A stretch of DNA of 64,000 nucleotides, taken from NCBI RefSeq assembly GCF_009914755.1, contig NC_060929.1, one strand, 5' to 3'. The position numbers and the translations under genes were made by a program. Position 1 is the first letter of the stretch; every line of letters begins with the position of its first letter. Below are positions 40,440 through 54,379 of the stretch, piece after piece. This DNA comes from the human T2T-CHM13v2.0 reference genome, Homo sapiens. The notes under the pieces are model-generated. The model saw nothing but the letters and a program-made list of their open reading frames with translations. It was not told the origin of the DNA and ran no database searches.

Positions 40440-40780
40440 TATATCAGCTTCGGACATATTTCCAGAAAACCTTGTTGGAAAGTAGGAAAATAAGGCTGCA
40501 AAGGGAAGGAAGTCAAGCAAAGGTAAGACATCAAGCAAAGTACCTTAGAGAACATTTGCTGAATCTCATGCAGGATCTCTGCAAACTGTGTAGATCCTAC
40601 TCAGAGCTGTCCTTACTAGAGGCAAGAGCATAATTCTGCACCACAGGACCAATCAGTCCTTTATTAACCAGATAGTGCAATTGGGAGGTGGGGGTAGAGT
40701 ATAAATTCTCAGACACTTTCTGTAAGAGATACAAGTGCTGACTTTTGGGAGCAAAAGCACAACCTGACTGCTTGTGCAGG
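40440..40780. mobile_element. Possible old ERVL LTR remnant (LTR33/LTR16-like)
   Basis: TTCCAGAAAAC...GTAGGAAAATAAGG..CAAAGGGAAGGAAGTCAAGCAAAGG resembles ERVL LTRs; weak. Confidence 0.3.
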
Positions 40781-41594
40781 AACATGGTAAAGGGAAGAAA
40801 TATGAGTTTAGGATGAATAGTGTCTATGACCTCAATTCAGCATCCTTGTGTCGTGGAAAGGAAAACATTAACTGCCTTGAAGTCAAAATAGGATGCTTTA
40901 AAAAATGTGACACTAATCATGTAAATTAGAAAACAATCATTCAATTGTTTGTTTTACAACAACGCAAAGAATGTTTACAAATTCAGAAATAGAGAAAACA
41001 AAACTCAGGCAAGCCTATGAAGCCATCTTGGTGAGGGATCTGGTATACCATGCTAACCTTACTTGGCATTCCATAGGAAAGAACTGGCTTCTATTAGATG
41101 CTCACTAGGTATTTGTTTAGCTGAACTAGTACATGGTATATCTTCAATATTTTCTTATATTTTTAAATAATATAAATTTGGAAAAGGTAAATGTAAGCTC
41201 CTTTACTTGGATTTCTCTCGCCTGCTCCAATTGCCCAAGTATGAGACTGTAGAAAAGGAGTGTTTATTAACTGTAATGGTCAATAGTGTCTTTGTCTGCC
41301 AAAAGAAAAAGTAAAATCTCTGGAATTCACTGATTTGGAACATCATGGAATATGTATTTCTCTTCACCCTGTCAGATTAAACTTGGGTACCTTGGTCTAT
41401 TTCTAAATATGGCAATTACAAAAGGACATAGGCTAACTAAAATATACTCTAAGAATGGTCGTTATATTGCAAATGACCTTGATAATAGATAATTATTCAA
41501 CTAGTATTTATGAGCACTTATGATGAATCAGTTACTCAGGAAAGTTATCAAAGGTAATAAGACTGCATCCTTGTTCCTGCAATCTGTTCTGTGT

Positions 41595-42180
41595 CCAAAA
41601 ACCTTCCTTTGACTTCTGCCTTATATAGCTTAAACATCAAAGTCTTCACCATGGCTACAAGACACTACAGCATTACTTCTATAATGCCTTTCTGACCCCA
41701 CGATCTTTCCTTTTGCTGGTCCCCTCTGCTCCAGCCGCACTGGACTCCTGGCAATTCACAGAGTATGCCAGGTATTCTCCAGCCTCAGGGCCCTCGCACT
41801 TCTTTCCTCTGCTGGGGATTCTCTTGTCCCAGATATCCAGAACTTGCTCTTCTTTTTTGCTTCATGTTCCTGTTCACAAGTCACCTTCTCAGAGAGGCCT
41901 TCCATTGATTACCACATATGAAATTACAATACCCCACCTACACCAATGTTTATATCCCCTAAATTTATTATCTCACTCTATTTTCTTGGCAGACGCTTAT
42001 TACCATCTGATACACTATGTATTTACAAGCCTACTTGACTGGCTGTCTGTGTCTTTCACTAGGATAGAAGCTTCTTAAGGACAGGAATTGTATCTGTCTT
42101 GTTAACTGCTGTATCCTTAGCACCTACCAATAGTCACTGGCAGGCAGTATAAAGAAGAGCTCAATAAATATTTCTGAGTA
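41595..42180 (+). mobile_element. L2 3' fragment
   Basis: AAAGTCTTCACCATGGCTACAAG, CTCTGCTCCAGCCGCACTGG, GCCTCAGGGCCCTCGCAC, GTCACCTTCTCAGAGAGGCCTTCC, GCTCAATAAATATTT. Confidence 0.9.
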
Positions 42181-42279
42181 GCTGCATATTTTAAAAACCT
42201 AAATATGTATAAGACATGCCCACTCTAGAAAATCAGATTAGATCATACCTGTATAAACAAAAGATCAAACATGATAAGA

Positions 42280-42900
42280 ACTCTAAAGAGTTAGAGGAAA
42301 CAATGCAGCGAAGAGGGAAATAGGGAAGGTTTTAGTTAGAAGGCACATCTTGAAGAGTCAATATGCCTTCTCCTTTAGGTGGAGAGTCAGTGCAAGAAAT
42401 AAGCATTCAAAGCGTAAGGAATAGCATGTGCAAAGCTAGTTTGGTATGACTGGAGTGAATTATGGAAAGTGATAGAAGAGGCTAGAAAAACTAGGCACTG
42501 GCCAGATTATGAAGTCTTTGATTGCCATGCTTAGAAGTTTGGATTCATTCTATCCTGAAGGCAATACAGAGTTCCAAAGGAATCTTAAGCAAGGGAGTGC
42601 TGTGCTCAGAATTCTGTGTTACAAAGAGGAGCATAAGATACATTGGGTTTATGATTTGGAAATTTGAGTGGCTGGTAGTGCACTTAGGCAATATAGACCA
42701 AACATTTGGAAAGCAGAATTGGATGAAAATGACAGGTGAGGTGCTTAATTCTGATCCTGTGAGTCTGAGGCACTTGTAGGCCATCAGGGAGAACTGAGCA
42801 AGAAATATAAGTGTACAGTGTAGAAGACATCAGTGTAATAATGTCTGAAGGCTTGACTTAGAAAGAAGATGTGGAGTGAGAAGCAGAGCGGGGACAAAGG
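42280..42900 (-). mobile_element. Degraded L2 fragment
   Basis: GGAATAGCATGTGCAAAG, GCCAGATTATGAAG, AAGTTTGGATT.ATTCT. Confidence 0.55.
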
Positions 42901-43045
42901 ACTGAAGGGACTGAGAATGTTCTACTCAGAGAAGGCAAGCATCAGAAAGACTAGCATCTGGAATTCACTATCGTATGAAAAGGGAATTTCATTGATTTCC
43001 TGAGTCTTCAATGGGTTTGCTAGGAAGAAAGATTTTAATGCAATC

Positions 43046-43595
43046 TGTATTAGTCACTTACATATTCTCTATCAAATATGCTACATAAAAATTATTCCAA
43101 CCTCAGTAGCTTAAAACAACAATAAACATTATCTCAAAGTGTCTGTGGGTCAGTGAGTGGTTGTGGCTTGAGGTCTCTCACAAAGTTACAGTCAAGTTGC
43201 TGGCCAAAGCTGTTGCCACCTGAGGGCTTAACTGAGACTGGAGACTGGGTGATCCACTAAGTGGCTAGCTCACATGGCTGGCCAGTGGCTGCTGTTTGCT
43301 GGAAGGAAGCCTCATTGTCTCTCTACATGTGGCTCCCCACGTAAGGACCTCTCCCGGGGTTATCTGAGTGTCTTCACACCATGGAAGCTAGCTTCCCCAA
43401 GAACTAATGATCCAAGACATAAGTAGGTCACGAACTGTATTATCTTTTGTGACTTAGTCTTGGAAGCCACACATCATTGCTTCTACAATATCCTCTTGGT
43501 ACACAGGTAAGCCCTATCAATGTCAAGTATATGACAGCATGAATACCAGGAACAGGGGAACACTGGGGCCATCTTGAAGGTCAGGGGCCATAACA
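43046..43595 (-). mobile_element. MLT1 (F/G/H-like) solo LTR
   Basis: TGTATTAGTCA ... TAACA termini; AGTAGCTTAAAACAACA, TCTGTGGGTCAG, GCTCACATGGCTGGC, CTAGCTTCCCCA, TGGGGCCATCTT. Confidence 0.85.
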
Positions 43596-43604
43596 GAACT
43601 GGAT

Positions 43605-43690
43605 CAATGACAGAATAAGCTGCTTCATGAAATGGTAAGTTTCTGGTCACTGTAGGTGGACAGACAAAGCCTGGGCCGAAACTGGATGAA
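43605..43690 (+). mobile_element. L3/CR1-like remnant
   Basis: GCTGCTTCATGAAATGGTAAGTTTCTGGTCACTGTAGGTG resembles the CR1 3' region. Confidence 0.4.
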
Positions 43691-46600
43691 TGAGGAAGGA
43701 GAGATTCTAGGACATGTGATGAATAGATGAGGCAAGCTTCCTCCTTTTAGCACTGCTCTCTTATGAGTATTAAATCTGACTTTGAAAAAAAAAAAGAAGA
43801 GAGAGAGAGAAATTGAGTCGAAAACACCAAAATATTTTTCGTTTGTATAGTAAAAATATTTGATAAGTTATCTGAGGTTTACATTTATTAATTGAGCCTG
43901 GAGGTGAGGGCAAACCAGAGCAATCCCCCAAGACGAGATGATTGGCAGTATACCCTGGAGAAGATAGCATGAATTTAAACACTGAGAATTGTTTAATTAG
44001 CCTAACTCCATTCAAGACCTCTCAGTCTAATTTTCATTGTTTGTATTACATACCATAACATCTTTCAGTATCAGCCCATCTTTTTGCAGGATCAAGCCCC
44101 AAGACTCTGCTACAGTGTTTTAGATAACCTACTAGGCTTTCCATTCTCTAAAGAAACCAATTATATATTAAATTAATAATTAAAAATTATAAATAGAACA
44201 AGAAAACATGCATGCTCCATGTCCTGTGGGTAGATTTTTGCACGGTGTGTAGAGAATTAGGTGCAAAAAAATCTATTTATGTTAATGGGCATTGCATGTC
44301 TAATTTCTCATGCACCACACCGCTGATTTCTCCCTTGTGTCTTTGTCAGTACATGGGACCATTGGAAGGGGAAGAAAAGTGAATGATTTATTTGATGGTC
44401 TGTCAATCAAAACAGCAACCAGAGAAATTCCAAAGCTGTTTTTAACCTCTATAGAAACAGTTAGTTAGACCATATGCTTTTTTCTTCGTGCCAGATGCTG
44501 TCATTCATCAATTTCCTATTAAGAAAATGGGATTCTGCAAAAACCACTGAGGTTTTTTCTCATTTGTAATAGATATTCCACAAAATCAGATTGCAAACGT
44601 ATTCTGCAACTTCTGCAAAATAACTTCTGACACTTGGTGATCTCCATATTAATTTTGACTGACCTTTAATGATGTTTCTTCCGTGCGGTCAGTACATCAT
44701 CTAAAAATATTACTCTAAAATTACCTTTACCTCAAGTTTAAACCTAGAGGTTAAATAGATTTGTTTGTGATGATCCAATCTGCAAAAATGGTAGAAATTA
44801 AATGACTCTTTAGAAATATCAGTAACCTAATAAAACACCCTTTAGTGAGTAAAGAGAGATTATAAAATGTTTGAGAATTAAAGTAAGCCACATGAGCTAA
44901 CGTTGATTACCCAAAGTTGTTAAAGAAAGTGAAAAAAAAAAACCTGTATTTTTTTCCCCTTCACCAAGTAGAAAGATCATTTTGTTTAGAGCAAAAGAAA
45001 TGCTTAATTGTCATAAAATCCTGGGTGGATTTGTTTGTTTGCTGGTGTGTTTATTGTCAAGGATGAAGATACCTAGAAAACCTAAGGGCTTCTTTCTTAG
45101 GGACAATAAAATCCTTTCATCCTGCACATAGCAGCAGTACGTCTTCAGGGTTGGGCACACGGCCCTAACAACAATCATATTTTGGTTTTTAAATTCGAGT
45201 GCTCTAGGTAGTTGGAATATATTGACACTTGTCATCATTTCTAACGCAGACTTTTTTTTAAATAGTCTCATGATAACACTAGTGGCTTCAAATGTTTGCT
45301 TGTCTTGGTGCATTCACTTAACAAACCAACTAACATGGAAGTATCAGGAAAAAGGATATTGTTGCGTAGCTTTCAATCTGTGGCATTTTGCATCGTCTTA
45401 TTAATAGGAACTGACTCTTTGACAAACCCTGCAAATAGCTCACAGAAGAGAGGAATGCTCAGAACTTCTAGGCAAATTTCTTCCAACAGTTAAGCAGTGA
45501 TCAAAATTCTCAATTGTCTTTGCTGTCAGCCAGCAAGAAATGCGCAGGGTCTGCTTATTGCTCCAGATTTTGGTAGAAAGCTACTCAGGAAAAGAAATCT
45601 ATACCTTTACAGCTGTCAGACTTTGGTGTATCCACTCCAACCTAACATTCTCAAGTCTAATTTTTTCTTAAAGGTCACAAACGAGCTATAATATAGTTTT
45701 TAACATTTTAATTTTCCCTTTTCTTCCCCCGCTGTTTTTTTCCCCTGCTGGGACAGCTCCACTCATGAAGGTCAGGGGAATGATAATGCTGAGGTAGCTC
45801 TGCCTTTTTATTCGTAGACCAGGTAGAAAGTGCATATAGCCATAAACTTAGGCCTCCATCATTCAGCATTGCTATTGACCCTTGCCCTGAGCTGAAGATT
45901 GTGCCTACTTGGGAGGATAATGAATGATTCACTTTGCAGGTAGGCAGAGGCCTGGAGCTTGCCTAGCCAGACTCTGCCAGTTTTCCTGAAAGATCTCTTG
46001 TGATTGGTTTTCTCATGTGAATAGACTATTTGTGAGTACACCACTGAACTCTATTTATTCAGGAATTTGTCTTTGACAAAAACAGCTGTCCTAGAGTTGA
46101 GATGATTTGTACTTTATCTGCTAATGCAGGTTTCCATTTGGCTGTTGGCTGAAAACACATTTTCATCCTGGGAAAATATTGCTGTCACTTTTTGGCACTA
46201 AAACAATTTTTGTGTGTGTGTGATTGAGTTGAGCTATTTAAAAAAAAAAAAAAATACTTATTTAAGGTCACCATGGCTTGATCTCTAACTGCCAACTAAA
46301 GTTCCAGTTCTGTGAAGTGACCCAGAAAAAAAGGAGGCAGTTCTATATAAACAAATAGTAGCCAAATGTCTTCTTCCTTCTAATCCAGTCTCATTTGGGA
46401 TCATGGTTAAAATAAGGATAGAAGGGAGCACAAAGAGAGACAACAACCTGATTCTGACCTTAACTTTGCTTAGGAAGAAAGGTCTTTAACAGGGTCCAGG
46501 TGGGGTGAGGGTAGGTGGAGCGAGACACCCACAGCAGGATTATGTAACCTGGAGCTAACATTCTTTAAAACCTCACATTTAAAAGTTATCTTCAAATGCA

Positions 46601-46906
46601 CATGGACAAATACATATAATCTGTTAAATAAAATACTGAAAAGCAACCACTACTTTAAAAATACAATTTTGCAATTTCTTTATTTTTTTAGTATAATTAG
46701 TGCCTTAAAAAATGGTGTCTGCCTGAGCCCTCTGAAAGATCACAGACTCTAAGATCTATTTAAAACACAGTTAAAGTAACCCTCCAAGAGTATAGTTCTG
46801 AGAGTCCCACGTGAACCTCCAAGTTCAGGATGAAGCCATCTCCCTCGTTCTGCAGTGCGTTCTCTCCGAATTCTCTCCTAGGGAAGGAGCCTCCGAATCT
46901 TTAGAG

Positions 46907-47234
<328 letters not shown>

Positions 47235-47487
47235 TAAATCCTCAATGCAGAATTCTTCCTCACAGTCCCCTATTATATTTTTGCTTCTTCCTACTCCCCA
47301 ATTCTATTGTTAGCATTTATTTATTCTGATTAGTTGACAATGTATGTGATATTGCCCATAACTAACCTCTTTATTTCTGCGTTTGTTACTATGTCCAAGC
47401 CCTCACAGCCTCACACCTGACGCCCCTTTGGCTGAGGACTGGGATCTTTCCTGGGAGTCTCCAGGCCAATCCTTTATTCTGCCCATC

Positions 47488-47933
47488 TGTATTAGTTGCC
47501 CTGGACTTCTATAAGAAATTGTTACAAACTGAGTGGCAGGAAACTACAGAAATGTTTTGCCTCACAGGTCTGGAGGCTAGAAATCTGAAATGAAGATGTG
47601 GGTAGAGCCCTGTTCCCTTTAAGGCTCCAAGGACTAGTCCTTGCTTGCCTTCTCCTCACTTCTGGTGGCTCCCAACAAGCCTTGGCGCTCTTGGGCTTAT
47701 CCATACCTCACGCTTATCACCACCTCCATTTTCACTTCTCCTTCCTCCCCGGGTCACTGTCTCCACTAAATCTGTTCCTTTCCTCTCCTTTTCTTATAAG
47801 GACACCAATCATTGGATTTAAGACCCATCTTAACTCAGTAGATGAAATGACCTTAATTCCATCTGCAAAGATAATATTTCCAAAGAAGGTTGCATTCTGA
47901 GGTTCTAAGTTAGGGTTACCTCAACCCACTACA
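47488..47933 (-). mobile_element. MLT1B/C-like solo LTR
   Basis: TGTATTAGTT...CACTACA termini, perfect 5-bp TSD CCATC; CTTATAAGGACACCA.TCATTGGATTTA, CATCTGCAAAGA. Confidence 0.92.
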
Positions 47934-49117
47934 CCATCTAAATATCTCTTTCCCAAAAGACCTATTAGAATAACTAGTCTAACTAGGAAAACAGCAGGGG
48001 CAGTCATCTAACTTTTTCTATTGAAGGTATTTTGATGACCTGACCGTTGCGAAGACCACAACAAAAGCTTCTAGAAAAAGAAAATGTGAAAATAAGACAG
48101 AGAGCCACAAAGCCATCATATTTCCATTTTTCACTTTGCCCTTTGATACTTCACACTTGCCCCTAACATCAAAGGTGCCTCATGGGACTCAGGGCACAGG
48201 AAAATGTGCCAGGTGGGGAACAGACGCTGTAAAAATATGACACATCTTCTTGGAGCATTAGTTGTGTTCAAATGTTAGTTACTGAAAACAACATTTTAGA
48301 TTAAAATAAACATGACTATTTCTTAAACCTTTTCTTTTAATTTTAGCTTTTCAATGACCACTGCCCCACATTTCATAGATGTCCATTTCACCCGCTTCTG
48401 AAGTGATGATTTTATTGGGAAAGTTGCCATACATTCTGTGCTACCACAATCAGATTAATCTCAACATGCTTGCCATGCAGTAAAACTTGAACACGGATTT
48501 GTTAGATTAATAAACCCCTCTGAGAAACTGCTCTGATTCTGCAAGTTCCTAAACCAAGATACTGTTTCAGAGCTTCTCATATTTTATAGATGCCCACGTC
48601 TTTTTTCTATTATCTAAATCTCTTGGCAAGCTCATCTCCCTGTCATTGCTCCTGAGCTCTTAACCATTATTTCACTGCCCAAGTTAAGCAAGAATGAGGT
48701 GTTCTGCTTGCAAGAGATCTTTTCTACCAGAATTTGAACATGCCACATAGAAGACAGTCAGGTGGTAGCAGTTACCTTGCATAACTGCCAGGGAAGAATG
48801 ATTTTATTTTACTGTTTGGTCCATAATCTGCAAACAAAGTGAGCTGCACATAGTGGTTTACTAAATAATTTTTCATCGCTACGTCCTCCTCTTTCTCCTC
48901 CTCTCTACTCTCTATTTCTCTTCTTTCAGGATAGAAGTCTGTAGGTCCTCTAGCCAATTAATTTGCTTTATTTAATAGCTTTTTAGGTCATGGGGTTTGT
49001 TATCTCAGCTTTAGTGTTCCTAACTCTTGACATCAATTCACTCTACTTACTGCTTCCATTTCACTTATCTAAATACAAACCAATGAGCATTAGCTGAACG
49101 CCTCATCCCAGCGTCCT

Positions 49118-49870
<753 letters not shown>

Positions 49871-51039
49871 TCCCAGTCCTCCTTGACAGTGTCAATTTGG
49901 TCTCAACTCCATTAAGAGTTCTCCGTGATTAAGGAATTGTTTACACCCTTCCATTGGTACTTACTATAAAATGCATTTAATTATCAATTAAAATGCATAT
50001 TCTAATCCTTAAGTCTAAATGGGATTTTTTCTACTTAGAGTATTAATTACTATGCATTCCATATAAGAGATTAGCACACAGTAGGCATTCAATAAATACC
50101 TTCCTGTTCAAACATTGTGTTGGAAGAGAATCAGGGATATTATACATTCTTGATTGCTTTTTATGTCACTTACCCTAATGTGTTTCAAACTTGATTTTCT
50201 TCATTAATATTCAAGAGAGAGAACTATTATCTTAAAGCAAACTAAACTTTGCTAGCTTCAAAAGAAGAGATAATAAACTACAGAGCCCACTAAGGGCGAG
50301 TGTCTTTGAAGTGAGCATGTAGGGAAGGGGAATTAATCACCAGCATTAACTGTTTCTTGGAGGCTTAGAGAAAGCACTGTATTTGCAGAAACGAATCATT
50401 CACTTAGAAGAATGGTAGAATGACCAGTTAAGAGAGCTATAGAGGTCAGTGGCTTTCACAGCCAGCTTTGGATGCCAGGGTTTAAGGGGATCTGACCCAA
50501 AAGACCTGGAGGCTGGGAAATTGAAGGACCACTGCACAGGAAATGAAGAATATGAATTTGGAGGTTAAAAGCCTCCTTCAGTGTGAATAATGAGAGTTGC
50601 ATCATGTAGTGCGAGGCACTTTTTTGTCAGTCAATTCCTTTTTTCTCTAGGCACTTAAGACTTTTCAGAGTCAGCTTTACTCAACTTTCTCTGTAGTTGT
50701 GCTGGTGGTACATATGCAGTACCCCACTTCCTAGTCATCAAAATAGTTGATGTTTCTGAAGAACAAATATGCGTGCTGACCTAAAAGATCATGTTACCCT
50801 TTGTCTCTAATAAAGAGAAGCTTCTTTGAAAGGGGAAATGCATCAGAAAAACAATTTCTGTGCGATTGAATATGTTTGAGGTTGGTTCATTAGCCAATAA
50901 ATGGGAATAAGGTTCTAATTATTGTTAACATCTATCAGCTGGTAGATGCTAAAACTAATGATATGGCCACACCCTCCTCTGCATGGTTTGATAGGGTTCT
51001 TGGCAAAAAGGAATTCCAAGAAACAGAAATGGCTCTCTC

Positions 51040-51220
51040 CATGCTCCATAGGGATACAGTACAGTAGGTAAGAGTTGGGGTTCTGGAGTCAGAGTGATGA
51101 GGTTCTGATATCAGCGCCCCCATCCCCATACCTATGGGGCTTTGAGCAAACACTAAATCACTCCAAGTCTTAATGCCCTCCTCTATGAAGTGGGAATAAT
51201 AATAACACTTACTTTCAAGG
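51040..51220 (+). mobile_element. MIR SINE
   Basis: AGTACAGTAGGTAAGAG...TCTGGAGTCAGA, CTTTGAGCAA, CTCTATGAAGTGGGAATAATAATA. Confidence 0.75.
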
Positions 51221-51567
51221 TCCTGCCCTAAAACAAGTCAGCTTCTCATAGGAATCCATGCTTTTGTGCCCCACTTCCCAGCTTTCATTTTTGCCGACCC
51301 CCCGGCTCCCTCACCTTCCCCACTGGGCATTGCTGGGAAGACAGAATGATCTTTGGAAATGCTAAATGAGATCATGTCACTCACCTGCACAGGACTCTCT
51401 GATGAGTTTGCATTTACTCAGAATAAACTCTAAATCCCTGTCCAGGTCTATAAGGCTACAGAACTATCTGGCTCTAGTGCCTCTCTTACCCTCCCAGACC
51501 TGGCTCCAACTGCACTGACTTTCCTCCCATTTTCTAGCACACTAAACTCATTCTCCTCATACGGTAT

Positions 51568-52205
51568 TGTCAGAGGCATTTGAACCAGAGCAACTCAGTC
51601 TTGAATCGGGGCTGGGTAAAACAAGGCTGAGACCTACTGGGTTTAATTCTCAGAAGGTTAGGCATTCTAAGTCACAGGATGACATAGGAGGTCAGCACAA
51701 GATAAAAGTTAATAAAGACATTGCTGATAAAACAGGTTGTGGTAAAGAAGCCAGCCAAAACCCACCAAAACCAAGTTGGTGACAAGAGTGACCTCTGGTT
51801 GTCCTCATGGCTCATTATATGCTAATTATAATGAATTAGCATTCTAAAGACACTCCCACCAGTGCCAGGACAGTTTACAGATAACATGGCAACGTCAGGA
51901 AGTTACCCAATGCGTTCTAAAAAGGGGAGAAAGGAACCCTCAGCTCCCGGTATTGTCTACCCCTTTCCCGGAAAACTCATGAATAACTACCCTTTGTTTA
52001 GCATATCATCAATAAATAACAATAAGTATAAGCAGCTGAGTGGCCCATGCCACTGCTCTACCTATGGAGTAGCCATTCTTTTATTCCTTTACTTTCTTAA
52101 TAAACTTGTTTTCAGTTTACTCTACGGACTTGCCCAAAATTCTTTCTTGAGTGAAATCCAAGAACCTTCTCTTGGAGTCTGGATTGGGACCCCTTTCTGG
52201 TAACA
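51568..52205 (+). mobile_element. MER41B-like solo LTR (ERV1)
   Basis: TGTCAGAGGCATTTGAACCAGAGCAACTC start, GGACCCCTTTCTGGTAACA end, 638 bp, AATAAA near 52100; 4-bp TSD GTAT/GTTT with one mismatch. Confidence 0.95.
51965..51973. promoter_or_regulatory. GAS (STAT1) motif TTCCCGGAA within MER41B
   Basis: Exact TTCNNNGAA motif at the position of the second of the tandem MER41B GAS sites. Binding is not shown by sequence alone. Confidence 0.6.
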
Positions 52206-54025
52206 GTTTGGTGCCTGAAACCCTCTACTCTCTTCTTGCAGCTGGTTCCTTATAACTTTCTGACTTCAGCTCAGATGTCACCAAAAGAAGCCTATTTCAG
52301 ACAGACCATTCATTCATCTAACTAGCTTCCTCTTAGTTACAGCCTGGCACATCACCGGGTTTAATTTATTTCAGAGACCATCCAACTATCCTAAATCATC
52401 TGATTTACTGTTTTTCTACATGTTTATGTTCCACCTCCCTCACTTGAAAGGTAAGCCAGGCCTCTTTCTGCTTTTTCACTCCTGTTTTCCTGATACTCAG
52501 AAGAGTTATTGGGACTTAGTAGGTACTCATTATTTGTTCAATGAAGGAATGTTTGTCCAGCGAATGAATGAATTGGCATCTTGTAAGTTTGTACTAAAAA
52601 TTAACTGCAAGAGGCACAAAAGCATGTATGGTGATGTTGGACGCATAGTAAGTATCCATGAAATGCTGGAGATTGTAGTTATTATGAATCTTCAGTACTG
52701 TGCCATCTACCCAATTCCCATTGCAGATACTCCACATCCATAGTTCCTAGCAATCCTCCTGAAAAGAGTTTTTTCCCTAATCCTAGGGATTCACAAAGTC
52801 AAATATAGTTTAATGTATTCTAATGCATAGAAATTAAGTAGCAGTGGTATTCATCCATGCTATCAAATCAGTTGTGTGGGGATTTTTTGTTTTTATATCT
52901 GTAGAAATAGCTGCTATTGGGGATGAAGCATTGGTATAAAGTAGCAAGAGGCACAAACTGTGGAAGAATTTAGATATAGGTTCTCATCCCATGTCTCTTG
53001 ATATTTTCTGTCTGTGTGGACTCCAGAAACTTCTCCAGTCTTCATAATGTCCCCTTTTAGGCTTGTTTTAAAAGATTACATTAAAAGAGCTATTGCATAT
53101 AGAGTGTTGATGGCACACAGTAGGAGCCCAATACCTGGGGTTATTGTTAATATGAATAATGATTTTCATGCACTTAACCAAATTTCCAAACTTCCAGGCA
53201 TGGATATTTTTCCAAATACCTTTCCAGCTAGCAGCACCTATAAGATCGCTCTCTCTAGAGTATGTGCTGGGTGGAATTTAAGTGAAGGTGGGAACCAGGC
53301 TATTTGCTTTTTTTCTTCCAATCAAAAGATAATGCTCACCTTTGACAATCCCACTGACTGTGAGGCCACACCACTAAGCTGGTAAAGAAAGACTTTCCTC
53401 CTGAATTAGAAAGTCAATGCAGTTCAACATTATGGTTGACCAGCTTTCTAAATCATGAGAAATAAAGACATTGCCATTTTTACTTCAGAGAACTGTACCC
53501 CTGACTGTGCATGGAGGATAATAATTGAGAAAGTGCATAAGATGAAATAATTGCTTCCTTAGGTCTTCTTGGTGCACAATTTACTACAGGCTTAGGTTGC
53601 ACTCAATGGTGTGGAATGTACTAAATGGGAATTAGAAGCTAAGATCTCTTTGGACCATGTTGTAGAGGGTGTGGATGATTTTAAACAATATTCTAGGCTG
53701 TGTTGCTGATGCCTGGAAATATTTTAAGACCAGGTCTGTACTGAGGGAGAACATATTTACACAATTCAGGATAAAATGAAATTAATCCCACTCTCGAGGA
53801 GGATAACTTGGGAATTTCAAAACACTCTGTTTAAGGACCCATAAGGAACGTTTAGAGTCTATCTGTGGAATGTGAGAAATGGCCATTCTTCACATATTTA
53901 GAAGTAATGACCACAGGCAAACATAAAGAGATGAATAAGACAGAAAAAAAACAGTCAATGATGGTGATAATGATTGAGAGAAGAAAATTAAAAATTAAAC
54001 CGAACCTTCAATAAAAAGATAAATA

Positions 54026-54331
54026 GGCCGGGTGCGGTAGCTCATGCCTGTAATCCCAACACTTTGGGAGGCCGAGGAGGGCAGATGGCTGGCTTGAGCT
54101 CAGGAGTTCAAGACCAAACTGGGCAATGTGGCGAGACCCCATCGCTACAAAAAATAAAATAAAGAAAGAAATTAGGTCGTGGGTGCCTGTAGTCCCAGCT
54201 ACTCGGGAGGCTGAGATGGGAGGATCACTTGAACCCAGAAGGTGGAGGTAGCAATCAACCTAGATCACGTCACTGCACTTTAGCCTGGGTGACAGCGAGA
54301 CCCTGTCTGAATAACAGTAATAATAATAAAA
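54026..54331 (+). mobile_element. AluJ
   Basis: GCTTGAGCTCAGGAG, GAGACCCCATCGCTAC, GGAGGATCACTTGA, GAGACCCTGTCT. Confidence 0.94.
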
Positions 54332-54379
54332 CAATAGAAACCAGATATTTTGTAAGCAGTCATTATGATCGTTCTATTC

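Larger units (their letters stand above)
51345..52570 (+). mobile_element. L2 3' fragment split by the MER41 LTR
   Basis: GATCATGTCACTC, ACTCAGAATAAA.TCTAAA before the LTR; TCAGCTCAGATGTCACC and TAGTAGGTACTCA..TATTTGTTCAATGAAGGAATG after it. Confidence 0.75.
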
